DNA of 64,000 nucleotides, taken from Escherichia phage vB_EcoM-Ro121c4YLVW. Numbering within the stretch: the first letter of the stretch is position 1; each line of letters begins with the position of its first letter. Shown here in pieces: positions 30,178-37,227 of this stretch. The DNA lies in sequence record NC_052654.1. One strand, written 5' to 3'. A program made the translations under genes and the position numbers. The notes below the pieces were generated by a model that worked only from the letters and a program-made list of their open reading frames with translations, searched no databases and was not told where the DNA came from.

Positions 30178-32253
30178 TTATCTTTTACGGACACTATACG
30201 GTTGGTGAAATCCGCTGTTCATTCTACTGTATCCTGTAGGAGCATTTGTTGTTGCAGGGATAGCTACTGCTTTGAAAGTATTCTCTTTTGACAGAGTATT
30301 GAAACAAGAAGCAGCAGCATCGGGAATGTCATCTTTAATAGTGGCTGTAGATCTTTCACCATTGAAAGATTCCAATTCTTTATAAAAGTGGGTTAAAGTT
30401 TCCACATTAGGGAAAGAATCTTCAACAATATAAACAAAACCGTTTTGACACGCACTACTAAAAGGCATAAAACGCTGAAGCTTTTTCTTGTTGCCTGGCA
30501 TAGCATCTGGTTTAACAACAAAACCCTCTAGAATAAGTTTCTTTGCAGACTCTGTATATTCTATTGTCCCAGCACCAGATGGGTCTTTAGGAAGAACTAC
30601 TGTAACTTCTGGTCCATCAATCTTACATTGATTTAGAATCAGGTTATCCCTTTCCCCAGGTAATCTTCGAAACCTTCCGAAAATTTTACTTTTCTCATCC
30701 ACAGCATCATAATCATAGTCACCAAAGATGTAGATATTACCATCTTGGTCTTTACCCATTTTGACAGATGTTGTATAGTCTGGATAACGATAAGTTTCTG
30801 TAGGAACTGAAACAGCTTTATCCCATGCTCGCATTAGTTTAAGATTATTAGGAACATCTTTATAAGATATCTTATGCAACCATTCACGTTGGAAGAAAGA
30901 CTCTTTCTGTATACGTGCAAACCAACAGCCGTCCAAGAGTTGTGCTCTTTTGATTGCTGTTTGTGATTTAAGCTGTGCTAAATAATTAGGGTTAAGCCTA
31001 ATCAATTCTGGGTTATCAAATATTGTCCCACCGATAAATACGAAAGTTTGTGGTTCAATAACAACTGTCTCCCCTGTATTAGGGTTTTCCATGAAACAGT
31101 TTTCTGGATATTTTTCTTTCAGTTCTTCAGGTGTGTCAGCAAAAACAGGTTCATCGTTAACAATGATGAAATATTTTTGTTTACCACACATATCTTCTCT
31201 AGGATAACCGCCCTCATCGAGATAAGGTAGTACCCAATTCAAAACCCAACTATCTGCATCGGGGTTACATGTGCACAACATGAAGCTTGTTTCTGATTCT
31301 GAACGCATACGTCCCAGAAGATAGAGCATTTCATACTGTGTGAAGTGGGTTAACTCGTCAAAACCTACCATTGAATACTGTGTACCCTGATGGTTTGTTT
31401 CTGCGGTTACGTTATCGTTTTCCAAATGGTCAAATTTGAGGGTTCCGCCGCCAGTGGCTTCAAAAATGATATCCATTGTACTTTCTTTTACGTGTGGTTG
31501 TAAAGGAAGATACAAACGTTTTGCTTCTGTAAACAGACCACCTGGTTTACGGTGAGCAGTGGTGTTCTTACGGAAAAGTATTCCACCAAACAAAGGGTCT
31601 TTGTAGGCGTATTTTAAAGCTTTCAGCAATAGCAGACGAGACTTGCCGCTATTCCCAGTAACGAAGCAGTGATCGCCACGTCTAAAGACAATATAGCTGC
31701 TTGGAGTCTCAAAACAATATTTCTTATCATCTGTTGAAATAACCTCGTGTATTTTTAAGTAAGTGCTCTTTTTACCAGGTATGTTAAAAGGAACACGTTT
31801 ACCGAATGGATTTTCTACATAACCTTGCAGGGGTTTTCCTATTTGCTGTAATGCAATAAGATCTCCTACAAGAATCTCGAAATGTTTCTTTGATTTCTTT
31901 TTCTTATAGAATACAAAACGGTGTTCCATACTAAGTTCTTGGAACAATCCTACACCATTTGTTATTCTGTATAGATTATCTCCATTTAAATCGTATTCTA
32001 CAAAGTAAGGTGTTACCAATTCTAAACGCTTATTCTTAGGGTTGTATTGGTAAATATCCTCTCCCGAATATTCACTAATCTGTTTCCAACCATCTTTTGT
32101 AAGATATTCCGTTTCAGCAGAAACACATCCAGCGGCACCACCATAAATCATAACTTCTGGCATTAAATCCATTGCAAGAGTCTGTTTACCTGGTTGAGCC
32201 TTTACTTCAATATCTACTCCAGCTAAACTACCTGCTGCCTTTTTCTTTGCCAC
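30178..32253 (-). CDS. terminase large subunit containing a mini-intein in the Walker A P-loop
   Basis: 691 aa; joining exteins gives Walker A GGAAG-SGKS; Walker B VGFDELTHF. Confidence 0.85.
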   Translation of the reverse strand: MAKKKAAGSLAGVDIEVKAQPGKQTLAMDLMPEVMIYGGAAGCVSAETEYLTKDGWKQISEYSGEDIYQYNPKNKRLELVTPYFVEYDLNGDNLYRITNGVGLFQELSMEHRFVFYKKKKSKKHFEILVGDLIALQQIGKPLQGYVENPFGKRVPFNIPGKKSTYLKIHEVISTDDKKYCFETPSSYIVFRRGDHCFVTGNSGKSRLLLLKALKYAYKDPLFGGILFRKNTTAHRKPGGLFTEAKRLYLPLQPHVKESTMDIIFEATGGGTLKFDHLENDNVTAETNHQGTQYSMVGFDELTHFTQYEMLYLLGRMRSESETSFMLCTCNPDADSWVLNWVLPYLDEGGYPREDMCGKQKYFIIVNDEPVFADTPEELKEKYPENCFMENPNTGETVVIEPQTFVFIGGTIFDNPELIRLNPNYLAQLKSQTAIKRAQLLDGCWFARIQKESFFQREWLHKISYKDVPNNLKLMRAWDKAVSVPTETYRYPDYTTSVKMGKDQDGNIYIFGDYDYDAVDEKSKIFGRFRRLPGERDNLILNQCKIDGPEVTVVLPKDPSGAGTIEYTESAKKLILEGFVVKPDAMPGNKKKLQRFMPFSSACQNGFVYIVEDSFPNVETLTHFYKELESFNGERSTATIKDDIPDAAASCFNTLSKENTFKAVAIPATTNAPTGYSRMNSGFHQPYSVRKR
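31651..32127 (-). other. mini-intein (159 aa, no homing endonuclease domain) in terminase
   Basis: starts Cys (CVSAETEY), block B-like SMEH, ends FVTGN with +1 Ser; coordinates checked codon by codon. Confidence 0.7.
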
Positions 32254-32262
32254 ATTCCCTCC

Positions 32263-32607
32263 TTATTCAGCAATAATACCTTTTTCTTGCAGTGTTTTAA
32301 TATATGTTTGTAAACCTAAAACCTTTCGTCTATCTTGCTCCCAAAGAGCGTTGTTTTGAGTTTGGTTGTTAACAACTTCAGATCTACTAACCCCTTTTGC
32401 AATTTGATTTTTAGTGTATGGCACAGGTGTCGATACTTTATCCATCAAATCCGAATCTGGACCTTTAACCTTTTCTATGGCTACAGCCTTACACTCATCA
32501 ATAAGAACTGGGGAAACTTTTGTTGATGATGAACAACCCGTCATCATTAGGGGCAAAGCAAGACATACTGCCAGAATTAGTTTTTGCATAATTCGTTGTA
32601 TCCTCAT
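32263..32607 (-). CDS. outer-membrane spanin lipoprotein (Rz1-like)
   Basis: signal peptide with lipobox LMMTGC; gene overlaps 3' end of i-spanin gene in another frame. Confidence 0.6.
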   Translation of the reverse strand: MRIQRIMQKLILAVCLALPLMMTGCSSSTKVSPVLIDECKAVAIEKVKGPDSDLMDKVSTPVPYTKNQIAKGVSRSEVVNNQTQNNALWEQDRRKVLGLQTYIKTLQEKGIIAE

Positions 32608-32890
32608 TGATCGTTTGTTTCTTCTTCTCTAAATCTGCTTTTAATTGTGCATTGTTTTTAGACAAGTTGTTTATTTGGGTATTTAATAATGCTCTTTCTT
32701 CATCTGCTCTTTTTTGAAGAACATCAAAATCCTGTTTTGCTTTTGCTTGGGCTGCTTGATATAATTGCGCTTGATAGGCAACACCATCTTTGTAGCCAGA
32801 CTCATGTATCTTGTTATAAGCAAACATTCCGGCAAGAATAAGAACAACAATTAAAACAAAACCTAATACAGTTTTAGTCTTTAGATTCAT
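32498..32890 (-). CDS. inner-membrane spanin (Rz-like)
   Basis: N-terminal TM helix (VLGFVLIVVLILAGMFAY) followed by coiled coil; overlaps o-spanin gene. Confidence 0.6.
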   Translation of the reverse strand: MNLKTKTVLGFVLIVVLILAGMFAYNKIHESGYKDGVAYQAQLYQAAQAKAKQDFDVLQKRADEERALLNTQINNLSKNNAQLKADLEKKKQTINEDTTNYAKTNSGSMSCFAPNDDGLFIINKSFPSSY

Positions 32891-33089
32891 TATCTTCTAC
32901 TTCCTCATAAAATTTTATTTTAGGAAGAGAAGGGGCGTTGTTAACTATCTTCTTCACTTCCATCGGTTGAGCCTCCACTAGGATCTCTTCCCACGTCTTC
33001 TCTGTCATCATAAAGTTCTTCCTCCAAGTTCCAAGCCCGTGTGTAATCATTCTTTTTATCTTTATGATAAGAAGAACGGTTAAAATCAT
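32874..33089 (-). CDS. hypothetical small protein
   Basis: 71 aa ORF. Confidence 0.35.
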   Translation of the reverse strand: MILTVLLIIKIKRMITHGLGTWRKNFMMTEKTWEEILVEAQPMEVKKIVNNAPSLPKIKFYEEVEDNESKD

Positions 33090-33160
33090 TTTTAACTACA
33101 AAATTGCGCATATTTTATCCTCCTCATATCTGATCTTATCACAAAAGTATATACAATTGC

Positions 33161-33193
33161 AAGCATTAAAAATAAAAAGCCCCTAACCTTTCG
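33161..33193 (-). terminator. intrinsic terminator (second of two tandem hairpins)
   Basis: minus-sense hairpin ACCCCT...AGGGG followed by CTTTTTATTTTT. Confidence 0.5.
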
Positions 33194-33252
33194 GAGAGGG
33201 GTGTTAAAAATAACAAGGAGGAGGGGGGCAAAGCCCCAAGAGAGGAGAGGGA

Positions 33253-33549
33253 TTAGATTACGATCTTTTTAGGAACGTCATCTGTATTCTGCACGGCAGG
33301 AGTTTCTTCTTCCATAGCTTCATAATGTTCTTCTAACCATTCTTCTACTTGCTCTTTAATAGCTTTAGCTGCTTGGAAGCGGAGAGGTTTTGCTGCATCC
33401 TTATCATTAACAAGTTCAACAATATATCGCATAGCTTCTAAATAATGCTCTGCAAATAATTCTTTTACACTTGCTTGCGCCGCATCCATTGCGTAGATCT
33501 GTTGCATTTCGGCTGTTGGTCTTCCACGACCACGTTTTAGTTTAGGCAT
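33253..33549 (-). CDS. hypothetical protein (basic N-terminus KRGRGRPT; terminase small subunit candidate)
   Basis: 98 aa ORF with SD GGAGG; first protein gene after tRNA cluster. Confidence 0.5.
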   Translation of the reverse strand: MPKLKRGRGRPTAEMQQIYAMDAAQASVKELFAEHYLEAMRYIVELVNDKDAAKPLRFQAAKAIKEQVEEWLEEHYEAMEEETPAVQNTDDVPKKIVI

Positions 33550-33570
33550 AATAAAATCCTCCTAAACTTT

Positions 33571-33599
33571 ATCTTAACATATAAAAAATAATAAGTCAA
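33571..33599 (-). promoter_or_regulatory. sigma70-like promoter (minus strand)
   Basis: minus-sense TTGACT, 17 nt, TAAGAT upstream of gene 33253..33549. Confidence 0.4.
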
Positions 33600-33617
33600 G
33601 TTTTATTCAATAGATAG

Positions 33618-33641
33618 CAAAAAGCCTCCAATAAGGAGGCT
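33618..33641 (-). terminator. intrinsic terminator closing the tRNA cluster
   Basis: minus-sense AGCCTCC-TTATT-GGAGGCT followed by TTTTTG. Confidence 0.55.
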
Positions 33642-33756
33642 AGTAAATACTGTTAAGTTGAAATGCTTTATTATAATTGTGCGTTAATGAGTCGCACCCC
33701 TCCATCTTAGAAGGAACCAGGCAAGGTCTTCAAAGATACCGCTGGCAAGCGATATT

Positions 33757-33835
33757 TGGAGGCGGGAATCGGATTTGAACCGATGATCTCCAGCATATGA
33801 AACTGGCGAGGACGACCAGACTCCTCTATCCCGCT
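33757..33835 (-). tRNA. tRNA-Met (anticodon CAT)
   Basis: hand-folded cloverleaf; loop TTCATAT; T-arm ATCGG-TTCAAAT-CCGAT; CCA encoded; ends approximate. Confidence 0.7.
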
Positions 33836-33841
33836 ATTATG

Positions 33842-33913
33842 TATCCCGTGCTGGATTCGAACCAGCATCACAATAAGCTGTGGAACTCTTATCCTGTAAG
33901 TCTAACGGGAAAC
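33842..33913 (-). pseudogene. degenerate tRNA-like element
   Basis: canonical T-arm GCTGG-TTCGAAT-CCAGC and pairing acceptor strands but too short; no canonical anticodon arm; no CCA. Confidence 0.3.
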
Positions 33914-33987
33914 TGGTTGTTTCGACAAGAATCGAACTTGTGTCTCACGATTATCAGTCGTGGGTTCTACCATTGAACTACGAAACA
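33914..33987 (-). tRNA. tRNA-Ile (anticodon GAT)
   Basis: acceptor TGTTTCG/CGAAACA; stem CACGA/TCGTG; loop CTGATAA; CCA encoded. Confidence 0.8.
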
Positions 33988-33993
33988 TTTAAT

Positions 33994-34070
33994 TGGTCGG
34001 GACGGAGTGATTCGAACACTCGACCTCTCGCTCCCAAAGCGAGCGCACTACCAAGCTGTGCTACGTCCCG
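33994..34070 (-). tRNA. tRNA-Pro (anticodon TGG)
   Basis: acceptor CGGGACG/CGTCCCG; stem CTCGC/GCGAG; loop TTTGGGA; CCA encoded. Confidence 0.85.
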
Positions 34071-34163
34071 TGATAACATTCTAAAGGTACACCGCAAAAG
34101 AAAGTGTTCGGCGGCTCCTCGTTTTTAACTTCACACTTAAGGTAGTGACTCACCTTTGTTATA

Positions 34164-34239
34164 TGGCTGGTCTGTCTGGATTTGAACCAAACCTACGACA
34201 GTCAAAGTGTCGTGTGCTACCGGACTACACTACAAACCA
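34164..34239 (-). tRNA. tRNA-Gln (anticodon TTG)
   Basis: U1-A72 acceptor; stem CGACA/TGTCG; loop CTTTGAC; CCA encoded. Confidence 0.8.
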
Positions 34240-34337
34240 ATAAATCATTTAATGAAGGGCAACCAGAAGAAGTGTGAGAGAAGGAGAAAACCATGAGTAA
34301 AAGAGAAAGTTTTCTGGCAACCCTTTATTAAATAATT

Positions 34338-34411
34338 TGGAGCGTTCTACGAGGATCGAACTCGTGCCGCCGACTTGGAAGGACGGAATGCTACCGCTAC
34401 ACCAAGAACGC
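34338..34411 (-). tRNA. tRNA-Gly (anticodon TCC)
   Basis: acceptor GCGTTCT/AGAACGC; loop CTTCCAA; T-arm ACGAG-TTCGATC-CTCGT; U73; one stem mismatch. Confidence 0.65.
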
Positions 34412-34422
34412 CATATATATTT

Positions 34423-34452
34423 ACTATACTACATTTTACTATTTGTTGTCAA
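34423..34452 (-). promoter_or_regulatory. sigma70-like promoter inside tRNA cluster
   Basis: minus-sense TTGACA, 18 nt, TATAGT just upstream of tRNA-Gly 5' end. Confidence 0.5.
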
Positions 34453-34725
34453 GACTTTTATTGATTGGGACAGTGACGAGTATCCCGTTGGGTGACTAGC
34501 CCTACGTTCGGTAAGCTAACTTAAAATAATACAAAACCAAAGTCAAATATTATTCTTCGTTGCTGTCGATGGGAGAGCCGCTTCTCATTTTGCCCCATCC
34601 AACCCTACTCCGGTCAAGTTTCGGGTGACTCTTTTTGTGATCAACACAATACTAAGAACACTGTCTTTCGAGCAGACCTTGTGCACAGGATACGACGATC
34701 AATCACAGTGCTCTTAATGTTGTGT

Positions 34726-34800
34726 TGGTGCTCCCACACTGAATCGAACAGAGATCCACGGATTACAAAACCGTTGTAATAGCCATTATACTATAGGAGC
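34726..34800 (-). tRNA. tRNA-Thr (anticodon TGT)
   Basis: acceptor GCTCCTA/TGGGAGC; loop TTTGTAA; CCA encoded. Confidence 0.7.
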
Positions 34801-34806
34801 AATGCT

Positions 34807-34884
34807 GGGACTCGGCAGGATTCGATACCTGCAATTCCAGAAGCCTATTGGCGACTGGGGGGTTTACCTTAACTCTACAAGTCC
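34807..34884 (-). pseudogene. degenerate tRNA-like element
   Basis: pairing acceptor strands and T-arm-like GCAGG-TATCGAAT-CCTGC (8 nt loop) but no anticodon arm; no CCA. Confidence 0.3.
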
Positions 34885-34891
34885 ATAATTC

Positions 34892-34977
34892 TGGCGATGA
34901 GTATAGGATTCGAACCTATATTGTTCTTTCGAACACGGATTAACAGTCCGCCGCTTAAACCATTCAGCCAACTCATC
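34892..34977 (-). tRNA. tRNA with Asn anticodon arm (GTT) and long type-II variable arm
   Basis: 86 nt; acceptor GATGAGT/ACTCATC; arm GCGGA-CTGTTAA-TCCGT; extra arm GTTC-GAAA-GAAC; G73; CCA encoded. Confidence 0.6.
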
Positions 34978-34983
34978 TTAATT

Positions 34984-35071
34984 TGGTGGTGAGTGATGGA
35001 GTCGAACCACCCGAATCGCAATGATAACAGATTTACAGTCTGCCCCGCTACCCCTACGGAATTAACTCACC
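34984..35071 (-). tRNA. tRNA-Tyr (anticodon GTA)
   Basis: 88 nt type II; acceptor GGTGAGT/ACTCACC; loop CTGTAAA; A73; CCA encoded. Confidence 0.8.
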
Positions 35072-35201
35072 TAAATACTAATATTTAAATTCTTTTTAAA
35101 ATAGCCAGTGTTCACACCACTAACTATGAGGTATCGGTAAAGTGGTTACCGCCACTTGCCGAAGATTTACTCTGCTAAAGTAAGCTACATTAAAAAGAAC
35201 T

Positions 35202-35287
35202 TGGCGGTAGATGTAGGACTCGAACCTACACGCCGTTTCCGACTACAGTTTAGCAAACTGTCGTGGCTACCATTTCACCAATCTACC
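35202..35287 (-). tRNA. tRNA-Ser (anticodon GCT)
   Basis: 86 nt type II; acceptor GGTAGAT/ATCTACC; loop TTGCTAA; CCA encoded. Confidence 0.85.
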
Positions 35288-35292
35288 TAATC

Positions 35293-35383
35293 TGGCGGAA
35301 GGAGGGAGAGTCGAACTCCCAAGGCTCTTTCAAGCTCGGCGGTTTTCAAGACCGTTTTCGTCGCCACATCGATTTGCCCTTCC
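35293..35383 (-). tRNA. tRNA-Ser (anticodon TGA)
   Basis: 91 nt type II; loop CTTGAAA; T-arm GGGAG-TTCGACT-CTCCC; CCA encoded. Confidence 0.85.
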
Positions 35384-35391
35384 ATACTTAT

Positions 35392-35421
35392 AATCTAACA
35401 TAAAATAATGTTTGTTGTCAA
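35392..35421 (-). promoter_or_regulatory. sigma70-like promoter inside tRNA cluster
   Basis: minus-sense ATTGACAA then TTAGATT about 17 nt later, just upstream of tRNA-Ser(TGA). Confidence 0.45.
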
Positions 35422-35627
35422 TAGTTTTTTAAAACATTTTACCATGAATGGTGACTCCACCAACCCCCGTTCTCCACGAACGGTGCTCTTCGAGCATTTA
35501 TGTCTTCTAATATAACCGTGGCCTTTGTTTATAATGTCTGACATACTTGCCTCATTCTCTGCCACCATGATCAGTAGTGGGTTCAAATCACTTGAGCTAA
35601 TTCATGTTAAAATGTTCTGGTGTCTTT

Positions 35628-35702
35628 ACAAGGAATCGAACCTTGACTAAGAGTTTAGAAGACTCCTGTGCTATCCATTACACCATAAAGACTTTGGTGG
35701 CC
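35628..35702 (-). tRNA. tRNA-Arg (anticodon TCT)
   Basis: acceptor GTCTTTA/TAAAGAC; loop CTTCTAA; CCA encoded. Confidence 0.8.
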
Positions 35703-35704
35703 CT

Positions 35705-35779
35705 GGCTGGTTTCGATCCAGCTACCTATCGGTTATGAGCCGACAGCTCTCCCATTGAGCTACAGGGCCATAAATGTGG
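35705..35779 (-). tRNA. tRNA with CAT anticodon, tRNA-Ile2 (lysidine) -like
   Basis: acceptor GGCCCTG/CAGGGCC; loop CTCATAA; resembles E. coli tRNA-Ile2 as recalled; CCA encoded. Confidence 0.75.
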
Positions 35780-35978
35780 TAACAGAGACGCTGACGATTG
35801 TAGAGAACCGCTACATTCTCTAAGACCAAGCCCAACTTTCAGCGTAAAAGTTCTTGAGCCGAGACTATTCCTTTTCCTCTTTGGTAGCTAACCTCTGAAG
35901 AAGTAGTCTCTAACACTACCGCAGTGCAAGCCCCTCTTAACAAAAGTCAACGACCCTGTTACCACACTTGATGAACGT

Positions 35979-36008
35979 ATCCTAACATATGAAGGATACG
36001 TTTGTCAA
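35979..36008 (-). promoter_or_regulatory. sigma70-like promoter at head of tRNA cluster
   Basis: minus-sense ATTGACAA, 18 nt, TAGGAT; paralogous to promoter at 35392-35421; about 190 nt leader before first tRNA. Confidence 0.45.
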
Positions 36009-36015
36009 TAGTTAT

Positions 36016-36264
36016 TTAAGCATATTCTGCTACTTCTTCACTATCTTTCTTTTCCAGAAGAGCAACAACCAAAGCTTCTGCGTTAAAAGTGTTAATTTCA
36101 AGATCCATCTCTCGCATCAGAGCCAAGAAATCAATAACTTTAACATCTTTAGTGATTACAATAGAAGTTGTACCATTGTTTTCAGATGTGTATTTTTCTG
36201 GATGGAAAAGAAAAACTGCATTGCCGTTACCATCTTCAAACACGTGTTTTTCTAATAGAGACAT
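36016..36264 (-). CDS. hypothetical small protein
   Basis: internal ATG of track ORF 36016..36330 preceded by AGGAGG. Confidence 0.5.
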   Translation of the reverse strand: MSLLEKHVFEDGNGNAVFLFHPEKYTSENNGTTSIVITKDVKVIDFLALMREMDLEINTFNAEALVVALLEKKDSEEVAEYA

Positions 36265-36272
36265 TGTTCCTC

Positions 36273-36524
36273 CTAATCTGTTAGTTGTTCGTCCTCTACC
36301 AAGTTTGACACGAGAACGTCTGTTATACATTGATGCTGATAAACCCTTTCGGGACTATCATCAAAAGCCAAACCTGTGCAAATAGAACAGAGGTCTGATT
36401 CCTTGATGACTCCATTTTTATCACGTCTGGAGTGGTTTGTCAAATGCCTATTACAAGCACGGCACCTAAAATAAAAACTATTTTGCATATATCCTTCGAA
36501 CCCCAAATGGGGAGTGATCGGCAT
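36273..36524 (-). CDS. small Cys-rich (zinc-finger-like) protein
   Basis: 83 aa with CRACN...CSICTG cysteine pairs; start may be internal ATG. Confidence 0.45.
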   Translation of the reverse strand: MPITPHLGFEGYMQNSFYFRCRACNRHLTNHSRRDKNGVIKESDLCSICTGLAFDDSPERVYQHQCITDVLVSNLVEDEQLTD

Positions 36525-36561
36525 CTCCTCACTTCTAGTTTAGCACGAAGGATATCTTAAG

Positions 36562-36747
36562 TCAACTAGGAATAATTTTATCCTTTTTGGTTTCATAACC
36601 AGTCCAATCTAAATCCTCCCAGCCTTCATCATCGTCTAACACATTGTCATCGTCATAAGATGCAATGTTATAAATAGAACGTGGATTACAAGACATACAA
36701 TCTTTAATAGGTACATGATGCCATTTGCACGGATTCTCGCTAATCAT
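36562..36747 (-). CDS. hypothetical small acidic protein
   Basis: 61 aa ORF, first leftward gene next to control region. Confidence 0.45.
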   Translation of the reverse strand: MISENPCKWHHVPIKDCMSCNPRSIYNIASYDDDNVLDDDEGWEDLDWTGYETKKDKIIPS

Positions 36748-36774
36748 TGCACACCTCCATTCTTGTTAAGATGT

Positions 36775-36975
36775 TCCGTACTGTACTTCATACTGATCTA
36801 TAGATCAAGTATTATTTATAATAATTTATTATTTTATTTTTAATTGATAGAAGTTGATCTGTACGTACCAGTTCTGATACACTGTACCTGTTTGTTAGAT
36901 CTAATAATTATTTATTATTAATATTTAATAATTATTAATCTAGTACGGAGTACAGTACTTGAGTACAGAGTACTA
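36775..36975. promoter_or_regulatory. AT-rich palindromic control region, candidate replication origin / divergent promoter hub
   Basis: inverted repeats GTACTGTAC (36778-36786) and GTACAGTAC (36950-36958) flank AT-rich core; 14 bp palindrome TGATCTATAGATCA; several GATC and GTAC sites. Confidence 0.4.
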
Positions 36976-37227
36976 CATCAACAACCTAAAACCTTAACTC
37001 GCTGCGCTCGTTAATAGATTTCTAGGGTAGCATACTTCGAACACAAAAGTCAAGAGTTTTATTAAAATTATTTTCTGTGTGCAAAAACCTTGCTTAAACA
37101 GGTAGCAATAGTATAGCCTATAACATAAGCTTCATAAGAGGCTCGTAGAGCAAGTTCACTTACTAGGTAAGGTGATTTATCATCTTATATATAAAAAGTG
37201 CGTCAGAGACGCGTTTAGGAGGCTAGA

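Noticed and set aside
33880-34128. 82 aa plus-strand ORF across the tRNA cluster
   Set aside because: Runs antisense through tRNA-Ile and tRNA-Pro genes; artefact of the tRNA sequences
35441-35520. Possible additional tRNA at the hairpin CCGTTC-TCCAC-GAACGG
   Set aside because: No T-arm with 7 nt loop and no pairing acceptor stem; reads as a simple hairpin
35395-35586. 63 aa minus-strand ORF in a tRNA-cluster spacer
   Set aside because: TTG start with no SD, embedded between tRNA genes; more likely non-coding, though a small RNA here is possible
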